Source of the DNA: a virus
Taxonomy: Duplodnaviria > Caudoviricetes
Reading direction: 5' to 3' (one strand)
IMG/VR virus record: IMGVR_UViG_2675903055_000001
Coordinates: 26,476 to 90,475 of that record
DNA length: 64,000 nt
Every line of letters begins with the position of its first letter. Within the stretch, counting starts at the first letter, position 1. Shown in pieces: positions 51,392-61,014 of this stretch. The translations under genes were made by a program, and so were the position numbers. Below the pieces are notes generated by a model. It had not been told where the DNA came from. It did not search any database and saw only the letters and a program-made list of their open reading frames with translations.

Positions 51392-51760
51392 TTATGCGGT
51401 GTGGCGCCAGCGGGTGGGGTCGGCCCACATGTCGCCTGCGGGGATCGGGTGCGTGGCGATGTCGGCGGGGTGGCTGGTGTCGCGCTCGGCCGGCGGGACG
51501 GTGACCGCGCCGGACTCGGCGAGTTCGGCCCGGAGCCGGTGGACCTCGGCCATGGCCTCGGCGAGCTGCCCGGCCAGGTGCTTGGCCCGCTCGTCGGCCG
51601 CACGCCGGTCTTCGAGAGCGCCGGACAGCTCGACCGCTGCGGCATCGAACTCGCCGGTGACCTTCACGACCTGGCAGGCGAGGTCAGCGGCTTCGGCTTC
51701 GAGGCGCTTCACCTGGGCGCGGAGTGTGGCGCGGGAGGCCAGCCGGTGCGCACCCATCAC
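51392..51760 (-). CDS. Coiled-coil hypothetical protein
   Basis: 122 aa. Confidence 0.65.
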   Translation of the reverse strand: MMGAHRLASRATLRAQVKRLEAEAADLACQVVKVTGEFDAAAVELSGALEDRRAADERAKHLAGQLAEAMAEVHRLRAELAESGAVTVPPAERDTSHPADIATHPIPAGDMWADPTRWRHTA

Positions 51761-52158
51761 GACACCCCCAGCTCTGCCGGGTTCGGCCGCAGCAGCATCC
51801 GCACACCCTCGTAGCCCTCACGCGGCACCAGCCCCAACTGGCCGGGCGGGTCCGGGATCGGCTGCGGCTCGGACGGGCCGTCGTCCTCGTGCCGGTACTC
51901 GACGCAGTGGTACTGGCCGGCTCGGGAGTAGCGGCCGTGCTCGTCGCGCGGACCGTCGAGCCACTGCGCCGGGCGGCGGCCGACGAGGGAGAGGAGCAGC
52001 AGCGGGCAGCCGTTGCCCTCGTCGCCCTGTCGTGCGGGCTTGTCGTGGATGCAGGTGTCGCAGTTCGCTGCCATCCAGCCGTAGCCCTCGTCGCTGTTGG
52101 CGAAGGGCGCCTCGTCGCGGGACTCGTCCCACAGCTTGTCGTAGTCGCCGGGGATCAC
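51757..52158 (-). CDS. Hypothetical protein
   Basis: FANSDEG..W..NCDTC..C..C. Confidence 0.7.
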   Translation of the reverse strand: MIPGDYDKLWDESRDEAPFANSDEGYGWMAANCDTCIHDKPARQGDEGNGCPLLLLSLVGRRPAQWLDGPRDEHGRYSRAGQYHCVEYRHEDDGPSEPQPIPDPPGQLGLVPREGYEGVRMLLRPNPAELGVS

Positions 52159-52568
52159 GGGGTCACCGCCTTGTTGTGCTTGCAGGGCCACGGCTCGGCG
52201 TGGGTGGCAACCTCGTAGGCGTCCTCGAAGCCCGGGGCGAAGGTGGAATGGATCGCGCAGACCACTTCCTCTCCGACCTCCTCGCAGTACGAGTTATCTC
52301 TGACGCCGTCGTGGTCGCACTCCATCTCCAGGCACAGCACGTCACCGCTGGCGAGCTTCATCGGCGTGCATGTGGGCTCAGGAGCGGTTGGCCCGCAGGT
52401 GGTGCATTCGCGGCGCACGTCAGGCAGGGGGCGGCCAGCGACTGCGGCGGTGAACTCGCTGTCGGTCAGGTCGCCGATCAGGTCGCCGCAGCCGTTGCAG
52501 GCGCGCTTGGTCGTGATGGTCTTCGAGCCGTCCGAGTTGACCCGGTCTGGCGTGTTCGGACGAGTCAT
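52155..52568 (-). CDS. Cys-rich hypothetical protein
   Basis: KRACNGCG..LPDVRREC..C. Confidence 0.65.
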   Translation of the reverse strand: MTRPNTPDRVNSDGSKTITTKRACNGCGDLIGDLTDSEFTAAVAGRPLPDVRRECTTCGPTAPEPTCTPMKLASGDVLCLEMECDHDGVRDNSYCEEVGEEVVCAIHSTFAPGFEDAYEVATHAEPWPCKHNKAVTP

Positions 52569-53176
52569 CACGCGGCCACCGCCTTCGTGGCGGCGTCCCA
52601 CAGGTCGATGCCGTGGCGGATGGCGTGGCAGGACCACAGGAAGCCGGGCGTGTAGTCGCTGAAGTCCCACTCCGACAGGTCACCGAAGTCCCAGCCTTCG
52701 TAGCGGAAGTCCGCCAACGCGGCGCGGGCGCCCGCCTCGTGGCTGATGTCGCCCAGTTCGAAGATCTCGCTGGCGACCTCGCGGCCGATACCTCGCGGCG
52801 CTTCACCATCGCGGATGGAGTGGGCGACGTACCGCTTGACCTGCTGCTCGAAGAGGTCCGGGTCGAAGCTCTCGATCTCGTCGCGTCCGGCGCGGACCTT
52901 CTCGGACCAGTAGCCCGGGTTGATTTCGCCGGGGAACGCGGTCTTCCGGAACAGGTTGAACATGTCGGGGGTGGCGTCGATGTCGAAGTGGAAGGTCCAC
53001 CCGGTCTTGACGACGAGGTTGTACGGCCAGGTGATCAGGTGGAAGGCACCGATGCTGCCGTGCTCCGGGGTGGCGAAGTTCAGGTGCCGGTACAGCCCGT
53101 CGTCGTGGAGGACGGTCATCTCGTGGTGCTGCGTGTCCCGGGCGAACCGGGCGGCGATCTTCGGGTAGTCGGTCAT
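52568..53176 (-). CDS. Conserved hypothetical phage protein
   Basis: LHDDGLYRHL..TWP..INPGYWSEK..FLWSCHAI. Confidence 0.8.
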   Translation of the reverse strand: MTDYPKIAARFARDTQHHEMTVLHDDGLYRHLNFATPEHGSIGAFHLITWPYNLVVKTGWTFHFDIDATPDMFNLFRKTAFPGEINPGYWSEKVRAGRDEIESFDPDLFEQQVKRYVAHSIRDGEAPRGIGREVASEIFELGDISHEAGARAALADFRYEGWDFGDLSEWDFSDYTPGFLWSCHAIRHGIDLWDAATKAVAA

Positions 53177-53529
53177 CACGCCACGTCCAGCAGCGTGACA
53201 GGCCGGGCGCCAGGGGCGTCGGGGTCGGACCAGTCCGCATGCCACGCGTACTCCGGCACGTCCCACTCGTCGTCGTCCGGGTCGGGCTTGCGGAAGACGG
53301 CCCACCGCTGCTCCAGGCGGCCTGCCCAGTCGGCGGCGCTGGCGGTGAAGTCGTCGGCGATGTTGGGCCAGCCGATGACGGTGCGGGCGTACCGGTTGAA
53401 GGCGGCCAACACACGCTTGGGCTCGTGGTGGCCGAGTGCCAGCAGCCTGTCCCCGTCCTCGCCGAGGGACGCCATCTGGATGCCGTAGTGGGTGTCTTCC
53501 ATCTCGGGGTTGTCGATCAGCTCGGTCAT
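53176..53529 (-). CDS. Hypothetical protein
   Basis: 117 aa. Confidence 0.7.
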   Translation of the reverse strand: MTELIDNPEMEDTHYGIQMASLGEDGDRLLALGHHEPKRVLAAFNRYARTVIGWPNIADDFTASAADWAGRLEQRWAVFRKPDPDDDEWDVPEYAWHADWSDPDAPGARPVTLLDVA

Positions 53530-53723
53530 GCGGGGTCCTTGGTGTCGTCGGTGTCGGGCGCCGGAACGGAAGGGGTGAGGCCAAGAGCGGCGAGCACGGT
53601 GTCCTTGTCGGTCGTGCTCCAGCCACCGCGCTCGGCGATGGCGTCGACCGACCGGCGGGCCGCGGCCAACAGATGCGGCTGGGTCGGGCCAGTTGGCGGG
53701 ACCGGCAGGGGAACGTCAACCAC
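53526..53723 (-). CDS. Hypothetical protein
   Basis: Operon packing. Confidence 0.5.
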   Translation of the reverse strand: MVDVPLPVPPTGPTQPHLLAAARRSVDAIAERGGWSTTDKDTVLAALGLTPSVPAPDTDDTKDPA

Positions 53724-54003
53724 GGTCGGCCTCCGCTGTGGTGTGGGTGGCGTTGCAGCCGACGCAGCGGGCCACCTCGCAGGTGATCTCGTGCGGCATG
53801 TGGGTGCGGCACCGGCCCGTGCACGGCTGGGTCTCGACGACGAGCCAGCCGTCGGGCACGTCCTCGACGGTCGGCATCGGCGCCGCGACCGGCGCGGACG
53901 CCGCGGGGGCGGGCGGGAAGGCGTAGCGGCGGAGCAGCCACACCGGCGCGCAGTAGACGGCGACCACCGTGGCGGCGGCGGCCACACCGCCCGCCCCCGT
54001 CAC
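53716..54003 (-). CDS. Membrane-anchored zinc-finger hypothetical protein
   Basis: N-terminal hydrophobic helix, C..C..H..C..C. Confidence 0.55.
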   Translation of the reverse strand: MTGAGGVAAAATVVAVYCAPVWLLRRYAFPPAPAASAPVAAPMPTVEDVPDGWLVVETQPCTGRCRTHMPHEITCEVARCVGCNATHTTAEADRG

Positions 54004-54590
54004 GACCCGCTCCCGGTGACCGCATCGAACACGGCCTTGTGCCAGCGGGCGTCGCCCAGCGCGGTATGCGCCACGTCGTCGCCAGGCGGCTCGACACCAA
54101 CCGCGCGAGACAGAGCACGCGAGGAGTACGGCAGCGTCACCTCGGCGCCGCGCCCGCAGCCCACCAGGTAGCCCGCGGCGAGGGTCGCGATGTCGACCGG
54201 CCGGTAGTGCCACGGCAGCTTGCGGTTGTGCTCCTGGAGCAGCTTCGTCAGGAACCGGATGTCGAAGCCCGGGTTGGAGCCGACGACGACCGCCTGCCAC
54301 ATGGCTTCCTGCACGTCGTGCAGCAGCTCCGGCATGGTCAGCCGCGCGCGGACGGTGCCGTCCTCGTTCATCTCCGCGGCATCCCAGCCGGCGGAGACAG
54401 CGAACCGCTCCCGGTAGCGGCCGATGGACAGCGACTCGGGGTCGGCGTGGTAGAGCGGCACCCGCACCTGCCACAGGTACTCGACCTCAGCGCCGTCGGT
54501 GTCGCGGCGGATGACGGCGATCTCCCACGCATCCCCGAACCGCGGGTCCAGGTGCGAGGTCTCGGCGTCCGTGAAGGCGAGGGCGGTCAT
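54000..54590 (-). CDS. DEDDh 3'-5' exonuclease (DnaQ-like)
   Basis: FTDAET, GSNPGFD, HTALGDA. Confidence 0.9.
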   Translation of the reverse strand: MTALAFTDAETSHLDPRFGDAWEIAVIRRDTDGAEVEYLWQVRVPLYHADPESLSIGRYRERFAVSAGWDAAEMNEDGTVRARLTMPELLHDVQEAMWQAVVVGSNPGFDIRFLTKLLQEHNRKLPWHYRPVDIATLAAGYLVGCGRGAEVTLPYSSRALSRAVGVEPPGDDVAHTALGDARWHKAVFDAVTGSGS

Positions 54591-55456
54591 GCGCGGGCCC
54601 CCGATCCGGGAGCGGTCGCCTCAGGCCAGTCGACCGACTCGGCGTTCGAAGCCGACGCCCCAGTGATCTCTTCGGCGGTGACCCGCGGCGGCGGGAACGC
54701 TTCCTCGACCGTCAGCTCTCGGCGATCGATCGAGCTGTAGAGGATGCCGAGCTCGGTCACGTCGTGCTCGGTCCACTGGGTGGACTTGCGGCCGAACTTG
54801 GCCTCGATCTGCTCGATGGCGACCCCGAACCGCTCGAACGCCTTGATGCCGTCGGCGATGCGGGTCGGCAGCGGTACGCCGCCGCCGTTGTGGAGCGTGG
54901 CTCGGCAGGCGTCGATCGCCTCTTCCACGAACCAGCCAGGCAGTACCGAGAAGATCGCTTCGCGGACCCTACGGGCGCCGTTGTTGGCGTTGTTCTCGTA
55001 GATGTCGCGCAGCTCGGTCAGCTTCTCCGAGCCCTCGCCCTTCTTCTTGTCCCGGCGGTGGGGGACGATGAACGTGCTGCTGACCCGGGAGTTCTTCTCG
55101 ACGTCCCAGGCGAACGCCTGCATCTCCGACTCGCCGTACTCGTCGTCGCGTCGCATCTCGATCAGGCCGTGCTGCATGTTGCCCCAGATGCGGGCCAGCT
55201 CCCGGGCGAGGAACACGGACGGCCCGCTGATGGTCTGCTTGGCGCGGGGGAAGCTGTAGAACGCCTTCTCGGCGAGCCGCTTCTGCCCGCACACGGTGCG
55301 CATCTCGGCGATGGCGGCGGCCGGGTTGCGGGGGCACTGCTGGGCGACGACGACGGCGGCCTGGACCTCGGCGGCGGCGCGGGACTGTTCGACTGCGGTG
55401 CCCTGCCCTACGCGGGCCGGTGCGGCGGTCGGGGTCATTCGCTCGGGCTGGTTCAC
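54587..55456 (-). CDS. RecT-like single-strand annealing protein
   Basis: FYSFPR..GPSVFLARELARIWGN..AWDVEKN; downstream of RecE-like gene. Confidence 0.7.
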   Translation of the reverse strand: MNQPERMTPTAAPARVGQGTAVEQSRAAAEVQAAVVVAQQCPRNPAAAIAEMRTVCGQKRLAEKAFYSFPRAKQTISGPSVFLARELARIWGNMQHGLIEMRRDDEYGESEMQAFAWDVEKNSRVSSTFIVPHRRDKKKGEGSEKLTELRDIYENNANNGARRVREAIFSVLPGWFVEEAIDACRATLHNGGGVPLPTRIADGIKAFERFGVAIEQIEAKFGRKSTQWTEHDVTELGILYSSIDRRELTVEEAFPPPRVTAEEITGASASNAESVDWPEATAPGSGARA

Positions 55457-56358
55457 AAATACTCCTCGGAGTCGCGGTTCTCCGCGTAGGGCGGCAGGGA
55501 GAGGTGTTCGATGGCGTCGGTGTAGCCGGGCCAGCGGCCGGTGGCGGTGCACTCGGCGTAGATCTGGAGGGCGCGGCGGTTGCGGGCGGCGCCGATGCGC
55601 ATGGCCATCGCGTCGAGTTGGACGACCGTCACGAGGTACGGCGGGGTCTTCTCCTGGACGACGAAGACGAACGCCACGTCCTCGGCCAGGCCGAGGGCCT
55701 TGACCCCGGCGCTGTTCCAGGCGGCCTGCTGGTGGTAGCCGTAGGTGTCGACCGTCCGGCGGATCGCCTCCGGCTCGGCCGATGCCGCGGTCTTGTAGTC
55801 CGGCACGACCATGCGGCCGGGGCCGGACTGCGGCAGCCAGTCGAGGAGTGCGCGCCGCATCACCCCGGTCGGCGGGTCGCGCCAGAACAGGGCCTGCTCC
55901 GGGGCGCCTCCGCGTATCGGGTCGAACAGCACGGAGGCAACCGGGTGGGCGCGGAGTGCGTCCGCCATCGCTGTGACTTGCTCGTACTCGTGGCGGAGCA
56001 GCGGGACTCTGCCCATGGCGCGGGCGTCCTCTCGGTCCTCACGCGCGGCGGTCGTGCGCCAGTTGTCTGCCTCGACTACGTGGATGGTGGGGCCGTCGCC
56101 GAGTACGAGCCGGTGGGCGGCAGTGCCGTAGTCGAAGGTGTTCCGCGGCTGCCGCCCATGCTGCCGCTCGTGGTGGTAGAGCGCGGGGCAGCCGGGGGGA
56201 AGGAGGCGGCGAGCACCAGTGGAGGAGAGACTGCCGCCGGGAACGGGGTCGGCGTGGTAGGCGTCCATGGGGAGGTCGGGGTAGATGCCGGGTTCGGTGA
56301 TGTCGAGCCCGGCGTCCGGGGCCTGTGTGGCGGCCCCGGCAAGCGCGGCGGTTGTCAC
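55453..56358 (-). CDS. RecE/exonuclease VIII-like PD-(D/E)XK nuclease
   Basis: YHAD..LSSTG, GTAAH..L, RALLDWL..DYKT, YHQQAAW, FVVQEKTPPY. Confidence 0.9.
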   Translation of the reverse strand: MTTAALAGAATQAPDAGLDITEPGIYPDLPMDAYHADPVPGGSLSSTGARRLLPPGCPALYHHERQHGRQPRNTFDYGTAAHRLVLGDGPTIHVVEADNWRTTAAREDREDARAMGRVPLLRHEYEQVTAMADALRAHPVASVLFDPIRGGAPEQALFWRDPPTGVMRRALLDWLPQSGPGRMVVPDYKTAASAEPEAIRRTVDTYGYHQQAAWNSAGVKALGLAEDVAFVFVVQEKTPPYLVTVVQLDAMAMRIGAARNRRALQIYAECTATGRWPGYTDAIEHLSLPPYAENRDSEEYL

Positions 56359-56864
56359 GCGGCACCTCCGGTGGTGTGGTCGGGAAGGGTGTAGAAGCGG
56401 CGCGGGGTGCCCTCTCCGTGCCGGTCCAGGTGCCCGTCCCGATACAGGTCCGCGAGGTAGCGGCGGCAAGACATCCGGAGGACGTGGGTGCCGGTGACCT
56501 GGCGCCAAGCGGGCTTCAGGCGTCCGACGGTCCACTCCCCGCCCTCCCTGCGGATCACTTCCAGCAGGTACCGCCTGACGTGGCGGACCGGGTGGGCGGG
56601 GTTGGGGTCGCTGCCGAGCTGGTAGACACGTCCCGCCTTCGTGTCGTGGGGCACGAGGTAGGCGCGGCGGGCGAGGTCCCTGAGGTCGCGGCGGGCGGTG
56701 CTCCGGGCGGTGGTGTGCCACGGCGTCGTCGCGTAGATCTGTAGGGCCAGGCCGGTGGTGAGGAAGGGTGTGCCGGTGCGGCGTGCGATGGCGAGGAGGA
56801 AGTGGCGGCGGGCCTCGGCGCCCAGTGCGGACCGGGGAACGGCGGACGGCGCGATGGTTGTCAT
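56355..56864 (-). CDS. Tandem winged-helix protein
   Basis: ARRDLRDLARRAYL and CRRYLADLYRDGHL. Confidence 0.7.
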   Translation of the reverse strand: MTTIAPSAVPRSALGAEARRHFLLAIARRTGTPFLTTGLALQIYATTPWHTTARSTARRDLRDLARRAYLVPHDTKAGRVYQLGSDPNPAHPVRHVRRYLLEVIRREGGEWTVGRLKPAWRQVTGTHVLRMSCRRYLADLYRDGHLDRHGEGTPRRFYTLPDHTTGGAA

Positions 56865-57073
56865 CGGGTTCCTCCGGGGAGGGTGTAGGCCCGCGGGTTG
56901 CCGGTGACGGTGGTGAGTCGTCCGGTGCGGGCGAGGTAAGCGAGGTCGGTTCGGGCGGTGCGGCGGCCCGGGGCCAGGCGCTGGGTGCGGTACAGGTCCC
57001 AGGCGCGGCTGGTGGTCCAGGTGCCGTGGTCGGCGCGGATGGTGGCCAGCAGCAGGCAGCGGCGTTGGTTCAC
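56861..57073 (-). CDS. Small winged-helix protein
   Basis: WTT.RA..ARTDLAYLARTGRL. Confidence 0.7.
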   Translation of the reverse strand: MNQRRCLLLATIRADHGTWTTSRAWDLYRTQRLAPGRRTARTDLAYLARTGRLTTVTGNPRAYTLPGGTR

Positions 57074-57378
57074 CGGGGGTCACCTCCGGCGTGGACGGCC
57101 GCGAGTGCAGCGGCCTGCCACAGGTCGGCCTCCACCTGGGCGCCCAGCCAGCGGGCGACGACCGCGGTCCCCTCGTCGATCTGCTCGACGCGCGCCTCGA
57201 ACGCGCCGGCCGGTGCATAGGCGGGCAGCCGGTAGGCGGTGCGGATCCGGTGCGCCGCACCGCGGGCGGAGTAGGCGACCGGGTAGACAGCGACCTGCAT
57301 CCACATGCCGGGGTGCTCGCGGAGGCGTGCGGCGGCCTGGATGTGGCTGGTGTGGGTGCGCTTGCGGGGACGAGTCAC
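57070..57378 (-). CDS. Hypothetical protein
   Basis: LREHPGMW..Y.PAGAFEAR. Confidence 0.7.
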   Translation of the reverse strand: MTRPRKRTHTSHIQAAARLREHPGMWMQVAVYPVAYSARGAAHRIRTAYRLPAYAPAGAFEARVEQIDEGTAVVARWLGAQVEADLWQAAALAAVHAGGDPR

Positions 57379-58418
57379 TGCCGCTCACCCGACCCAGCTG
57401 CGGACGCGTTCGGGCAGGAGCCGCCGGGCGCGTGGGTCTCGGCGCGGCCGTCGGGGCAGGCGCATCCGGCGCAGTGCGTGCACCAGGACTCCGGCGGCTC
57501 CCCGCACCGCTCGCAGGCCCCGCTGACCGACTGCTCCTCGACTGCGTCCGGGCCGGGCGCAGTGGCCTGTGCGTGGTCGGCCTCGGCCACGAGGCGGTAC
57601 GTCGCGCACGCCTGCACCACGCTCCGGAGCACGTCGGCGTCGTCGTCCTCCGCCCGGTAGTAGCCGAGGGCGGCCGAGGCGATCTCGCCCAGGAACGCCT
57701 GCTGGTCGAGCTCATCGAGCCAGGCGAGCCAGGGCAGGCCGTACCACTCCGGGGTGTCGCAGTGCTCGCAGCCGGGCTGTCCGCATCGGCATGCCTGGCG
57801 TCGGTCGGCGTCGCGGACGGACTCGCGCTGGTGCGGGCAGTCCTTCTGGGCCTCGTCCCGCTCGGCGGCCTCGGCCTGTCGGTCCAGGACGATGGCCCCG
57901 CCGTACAACACCCGCTTGTGATGGACCTGTCCGGCGTCCGGCAGGCCGTCGGCCTCGCGTCGCCAGCGGTCCGCTTCCTCCCGCAGTACGGCGGCGCGGG
58001 TGGACTCGCCCCCGGTGGGGGTGTCCTTCCCGGCGTCGTCCCGCTCGGCGGCGTCGGCCAGGCGGCGCAGCTTGTCGGCGAGGCGGAGCACGCCGACGTT
58101 CTCCGACACCTGAGCGCTCCGTCGAGGGCCGGTCGTCGTCTCGAACTGGCGCAGACCCTCTGCCGTCTCGGCAGCCTCCCGCAGCACGGTGGCGCGGGAC
58201 GGGCGTGCCTCCAGCTCGGCGTGCAGCGTGGTGATGAGCCGCTGCTGCTCCTGCATCCACGCGGCGACCGTGCTGCCGCAGACGGCGGCGAGCTGACCGC
58301 GCAGTGCGGCGGCCTCGGCGCGGGCGGCGTCACGGTCCGCCGTCAGCTCGACGGTGGCAGCCTCCGCGGTGTGTGCACGGGCCGCGGCCTCATCCCGCGT
58401 CATCGGTGTCTCGCTCAT
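57375..58418 (-). CDS. Mosaic hypothetical protein
   Basis: RATVLREAA repeats, C-terminal Cys cluster. Confidence 0.65.
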   Translation of the reverse strand: MSETPMTRDEAAARAHTAEAATVELTADRDAARAEAAALRGQLAAVCGSTVAAWMQEQQRLITTLHAELEARPSRATVLREAAETAEGLRQFETTTGPRRSAQVSENVGVLRLADKLRRLADAAERDDAGKDTPTGGESTRAAVLREEADRWRREADGLPDAGQVHHKRVLYGGAIVLDRQAEAAERDEAQKDCPHQRESVRDADRRQACRCGQPGCEHCDTPEWYGLPWLAWLDELDQQAFLGEIASAALGYYRAEDDDADVLRSVVQACATYRLVAEADHAQATAPGPDAVEEQSVSGACERCGEPPESWCTHCAGCACPDGRAETHAPGGSCPNASAAGSGERQ

Positions 58419-59164
58419 GCCGCACCGCCCGTGGTGTGCAGATCCAGCGGCCACCCCGCACGCACCGCACCCGGACCAGCCGGCCGCGACCACAGGCCCG
58501 CGTGCTTCCCGTCGCCCATCCGCGGACCACCACTCCGGTCGTGGTCCGCCCGGTACGCCGACTCGTTCGCCTGCTGCAACTCGTCCAGCCGCTCGGCCTG
58601 GCGGCTCGCCAGCTCCTGCAACCGGGCCACCTCGCGCCGCAGGCGCTTCGCCTCGGCCGCCTGCGCCGCCATCTCCGGGGCCAACTGCTCGGCCAGCAAC
58701 GTGCACTGCCTCCCGTACACGTCCAGCCCCGGAACCGAGTCCGCCAGCGACTGCGCCAACGCGTCCCGCTCGTGGACCGCGTGCGCATCGTCGTTGCCCT
58801 GCGAGGTCTGCACGCCCGCCGAAGCCGTGGCCTCGACCAGCTCCGTCAGGTCGTCGCCGCACTCGTCGGCCAGGTGCCGCAGCGCGAAGTCCAGGTAGGC
58901 GGACAGGTTCACCGTCACCCCGGACGGGATCCGGTCGACGTACACGCGGTGCGGCCCGGACACGGGCATCGACATGGTGGTCCCCTCCTCAGGGGCGGTG
59001 GAGCGGACATCGGTCATCGCGCGGCGGTAGGCATGCCGCTGCCACGGGAACCACTTCGACTCGTCGGCGCCGTACAACTCGTGGAAGCGGAAGTCGGCAG
59101 CGGCGATCTCGCACTGCGTCTGGTCGACCAGCGGTAGCGACGCCAGACACGTCTCGTCGAACAT
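58415..59164 (-). CDS. Coiled-coil hypothetical protein
   Basis: Start at 59164 coupled to upstream stop; internal ATG possible. Confidence 0.6.
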   Translation of the reverse strand: MFDETCLASLPLVDQTQCEIAAADFRFHELYGADESKWFPWQRHAYRRAMTDVRSTAPEEGTTMSMPVSGPHRVYVDRIPSGVTVNLSAYLDFALRHLADECGDDLTELVEATASAGVQTSQGNDDAHAVHERDALAQSLADSVPGLDVYGRQCTLLAEQLAPEMAAQAAEAKRLRREVARLQELASRQAERLDELQQANESAYRADHDRSGGPRMGDGKHAGLWSRPAGPGAVRAGWPLDLHTTGGAA

Positions 59165-59610
59165 CACGACGCCACCGCCTCGGCGCCGCTCTCCGGCGCG
59201 GAGATCAGACCCATCGACAAGCCCAGCGACAGGGCCTGCGTTCCCGAGGCGGCACCGAGCCGCTGGTACAGGCGACGCCGGTGGGTCTTCACCGAGTCGA
59301 CCGTGATGTGCATGCGATGGGCGATCGACTCGTTCGTCAGGCCCTGCCCCATCAGCTCCAGCACGCGCTGCTGCTGCTCGGTCAACACGGCCGGCCGGGT
59401 CGGGGCGGGAGTCGGCGGGACGTTGCGGCCCCGGGCCCACTGGCGCAGGCGGTGCAACTCGGTCGCCGTCGCCGCCGACTGCAGCAAGCCCGCGTCCGAC
59501 AGGGCCACGACCACCCGCTCCACCAGCGGCAGAGACGAGGAGTCCCGCACTCCCGCGTAGGCGCGGCTCAGCGCGTCCAGCTCGGTCCGGGTGTAGGTGC
59601 GGGTGCTCAT
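59164..59610 (-). CDS. LuxR-type HTH regulator
   Basis: LTEQQQRVLELMGQGLTNESIA..VKTHRRRLYQRLG. Confidence 0.9.
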   Translation of the reverse strand: MSTRTYTRTELDALSRAYAGVRDSSSLPLVERVVVALSDAGLLQSAATATELHRLRQWARGRNVPPTPAPTRPAVLTEQQQRVLELMGQGLTNESIAHRMHITVDSVKTHRRRLYQRLGAASGTQALSLGLSMGLISAPESGAEAVAS

Positions 59611-60029
59611 GCCGCCACCTCCACCTGCACGGTGGGGCGCAGCGCCATCGGCAGCGGCGGCTCGGCCGGGTCGGAGAGCAGGTGCCTCCACTCGGCGGCC
59701 AGACCCTCGGCCCAGCGGGGACCGGTCAAGCCGATGGTGACCGACGCGGACACCTGCACCTGCACGTCGTGCCAGGTGGTGGTGAGCCGGTACATGCGGC
59801 GCACCAGCCCGCTGGACTCGAACGTGGCGGACTCGTCCGGCTCGGGTCGGCCGCCGAGGACGGCGGCGTAGGCGTGCAGTGCCGCGCACGGGTGGTCGGA
59901 GGCGTACAGGTCGCCGGTGAGAGTGCCGCTGGTGGGGCGGATCCGCCATTCCAGGACGGGCAGTTCGGGGTGGGACTGGACGAGGTCGACGAGGGCCATC
60001 GCGGGGCCCATCTGCTCCCGGGTCGTCAT
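59607..60029 (-). CDS. Hypothetical protein
   Basis: 140 aa, ATGA overlap. Confidence 0.7.
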   Translation of the reverse strand: MTTREQMGPAMALVDLVQSHPELPVLEWRIRPTSGTLTGDLYASDHPCAALHAYAAVLGGRPEPDESATFESSGLVRRMYRLTTTWHDVQVQVSASVTIGLTGPRWAEGLAAEWRHLLSDPAEPPLPMALRPTVQVEVAA

Positions 60030-60280
60030 CGCTGCACACCGCCCCCGGCGCGCTTCATCTCGGGGGCCGTCCGGGTGAACACCTCGTGGGTGTGGGGGAC
60101 GCTGACCTCGAAGCCATCGGCCAGGGTCAACATCGCCATGCGCAGCGGGCTGAGCATCTGGACGACCCTGCTGATCTGCTTCCACTGGTCCTCGTGCTTG
60201 AGGTACCAGCCCTCTTGCAGCCGGGACGCCTTGCGGTACTGCCCGATCGCGGGCTCCGGGTTCTGGGATGATGGGGTCAC
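60026..60280 (-). CDS. Hypothetical protein
   Basis: GGAGG-like RBS. Confidence 0.55.
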   Translation of the reverse strand: MTPSSQNPEPAIGQYRKASRLQEGWYLKHEDQWKQISRVVQMLSPLRMAMLTLADGFEVSVPHTHEVFTRTAPEMKRAGGGVQR

Positions 60281-60366
60281 AGCCCCTCCTGTCTTCTGTG
60301 TTGGATGGGTGTGGGCTGATGGGGTCCCGTTGCTTGGCCGTGGCGGGGCCCCGCCCACAAGGCGGG

Positions 60367-60615
60367 TTACGCGGCGCGCTCGACCGGAGCTGCCGCCGGG
60401 TCGTTCGCCGGGCTCTTCGGGTCCGCGGCCATGCCGGCCGCCTCGAACGCCTCGATCACGTCCCGCTTCCACAGCAGCTTTCGGCCAGGGAGCGTCGGCG
60501 GGAGCTGCCTCTTGTGGCGGCGGATGTAGATCGCGTTCTCCGTGGTGCACCAGCGGGCCGCCAGATCGGCCGCCGTGAGGTGGGGGGACTCAGTCCGCTG
60601 GGGTGTCTTCATCAC
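60367..60615 (-). CDS. Excisionase-like HTH (AlpA/HTH_17)
   Basis: HLTAADLAARW..GRKLLWKRDVIEAFE. Confidence 0.85.
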   Translation of the reverse strand: MMKTPQRTESPHLTAADLAARWCTTENAIYIRRHKRQLPPTLPGRKLLWKRDVIEAFEAAGMAADPKSPANDPAAAPVERAA

Positions 60616-60838
60616 GTCTCTCTTGGGTGAGGGCGATCTCTGAGATCGCGGCCCTGGCTGCTCGCTCGCTGCGGAGCGTGAGTGCTATGCGTCTGAGCAG
60701 GTCAGGGCTTGGGTTGGCTTGGTCTCGTTCGATCCGTGAGAGCCAGGACGGGGAGACGCCGATCCGGTTGGCGAAGGCCGTGAGGCCGTATCCGCTCTCC
60801 TCGCGCTGGCGCCGGATCCGGTATCCCCGCGCTTGCAC
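60590..60838 (-). CDS. Cro-like XRE HTH protein
   Basis: IRRQRE..GYGLTAFANRIGVSPSWLSRIERD; divergent from repressor. Confidence 0.85.
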   Translation of the reverse strand: MQARGYRIRRQREESGYGLTAFANRIGVSPSWLSRIERDQANPSPDLLRRIALTLRSERAARAAISEIALTQERRDEDTPAD

Positions 60839-61014
60839 AACACGAAAGTTAGCGAAAGAACAAGCAAGATCACAAGCCCCCCGCTGCAATTGCAGGTGAA
60901 AGAACGCGAAATTGCAGGTCGGAGACTCAAAGGCGCCGGTGCCGACTGAGGTGGACCTTGGTAGGTTGTTTGTCGTTGCTTTTCGTTGCGCGTAGGAGAG
61001 TGCGGAGACCCCCC
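60839..61014. promoter_or_regulatory. Lysis/lysogeny switch region
   Basis: AT-richer; palindrome CTGCAATTGCAG (60884-95); repeats GAAAGAAC (60854, 60898) and AATTGCAGGT (60888, 60910). Confidence 0.7.

Noticed and set aside
55453-56358. Cas4 / CRISPR adaptation gene
   Set aside because: PD-(D/E)XK nuclease paired with a RecT-like gene, the standard phage recombination context
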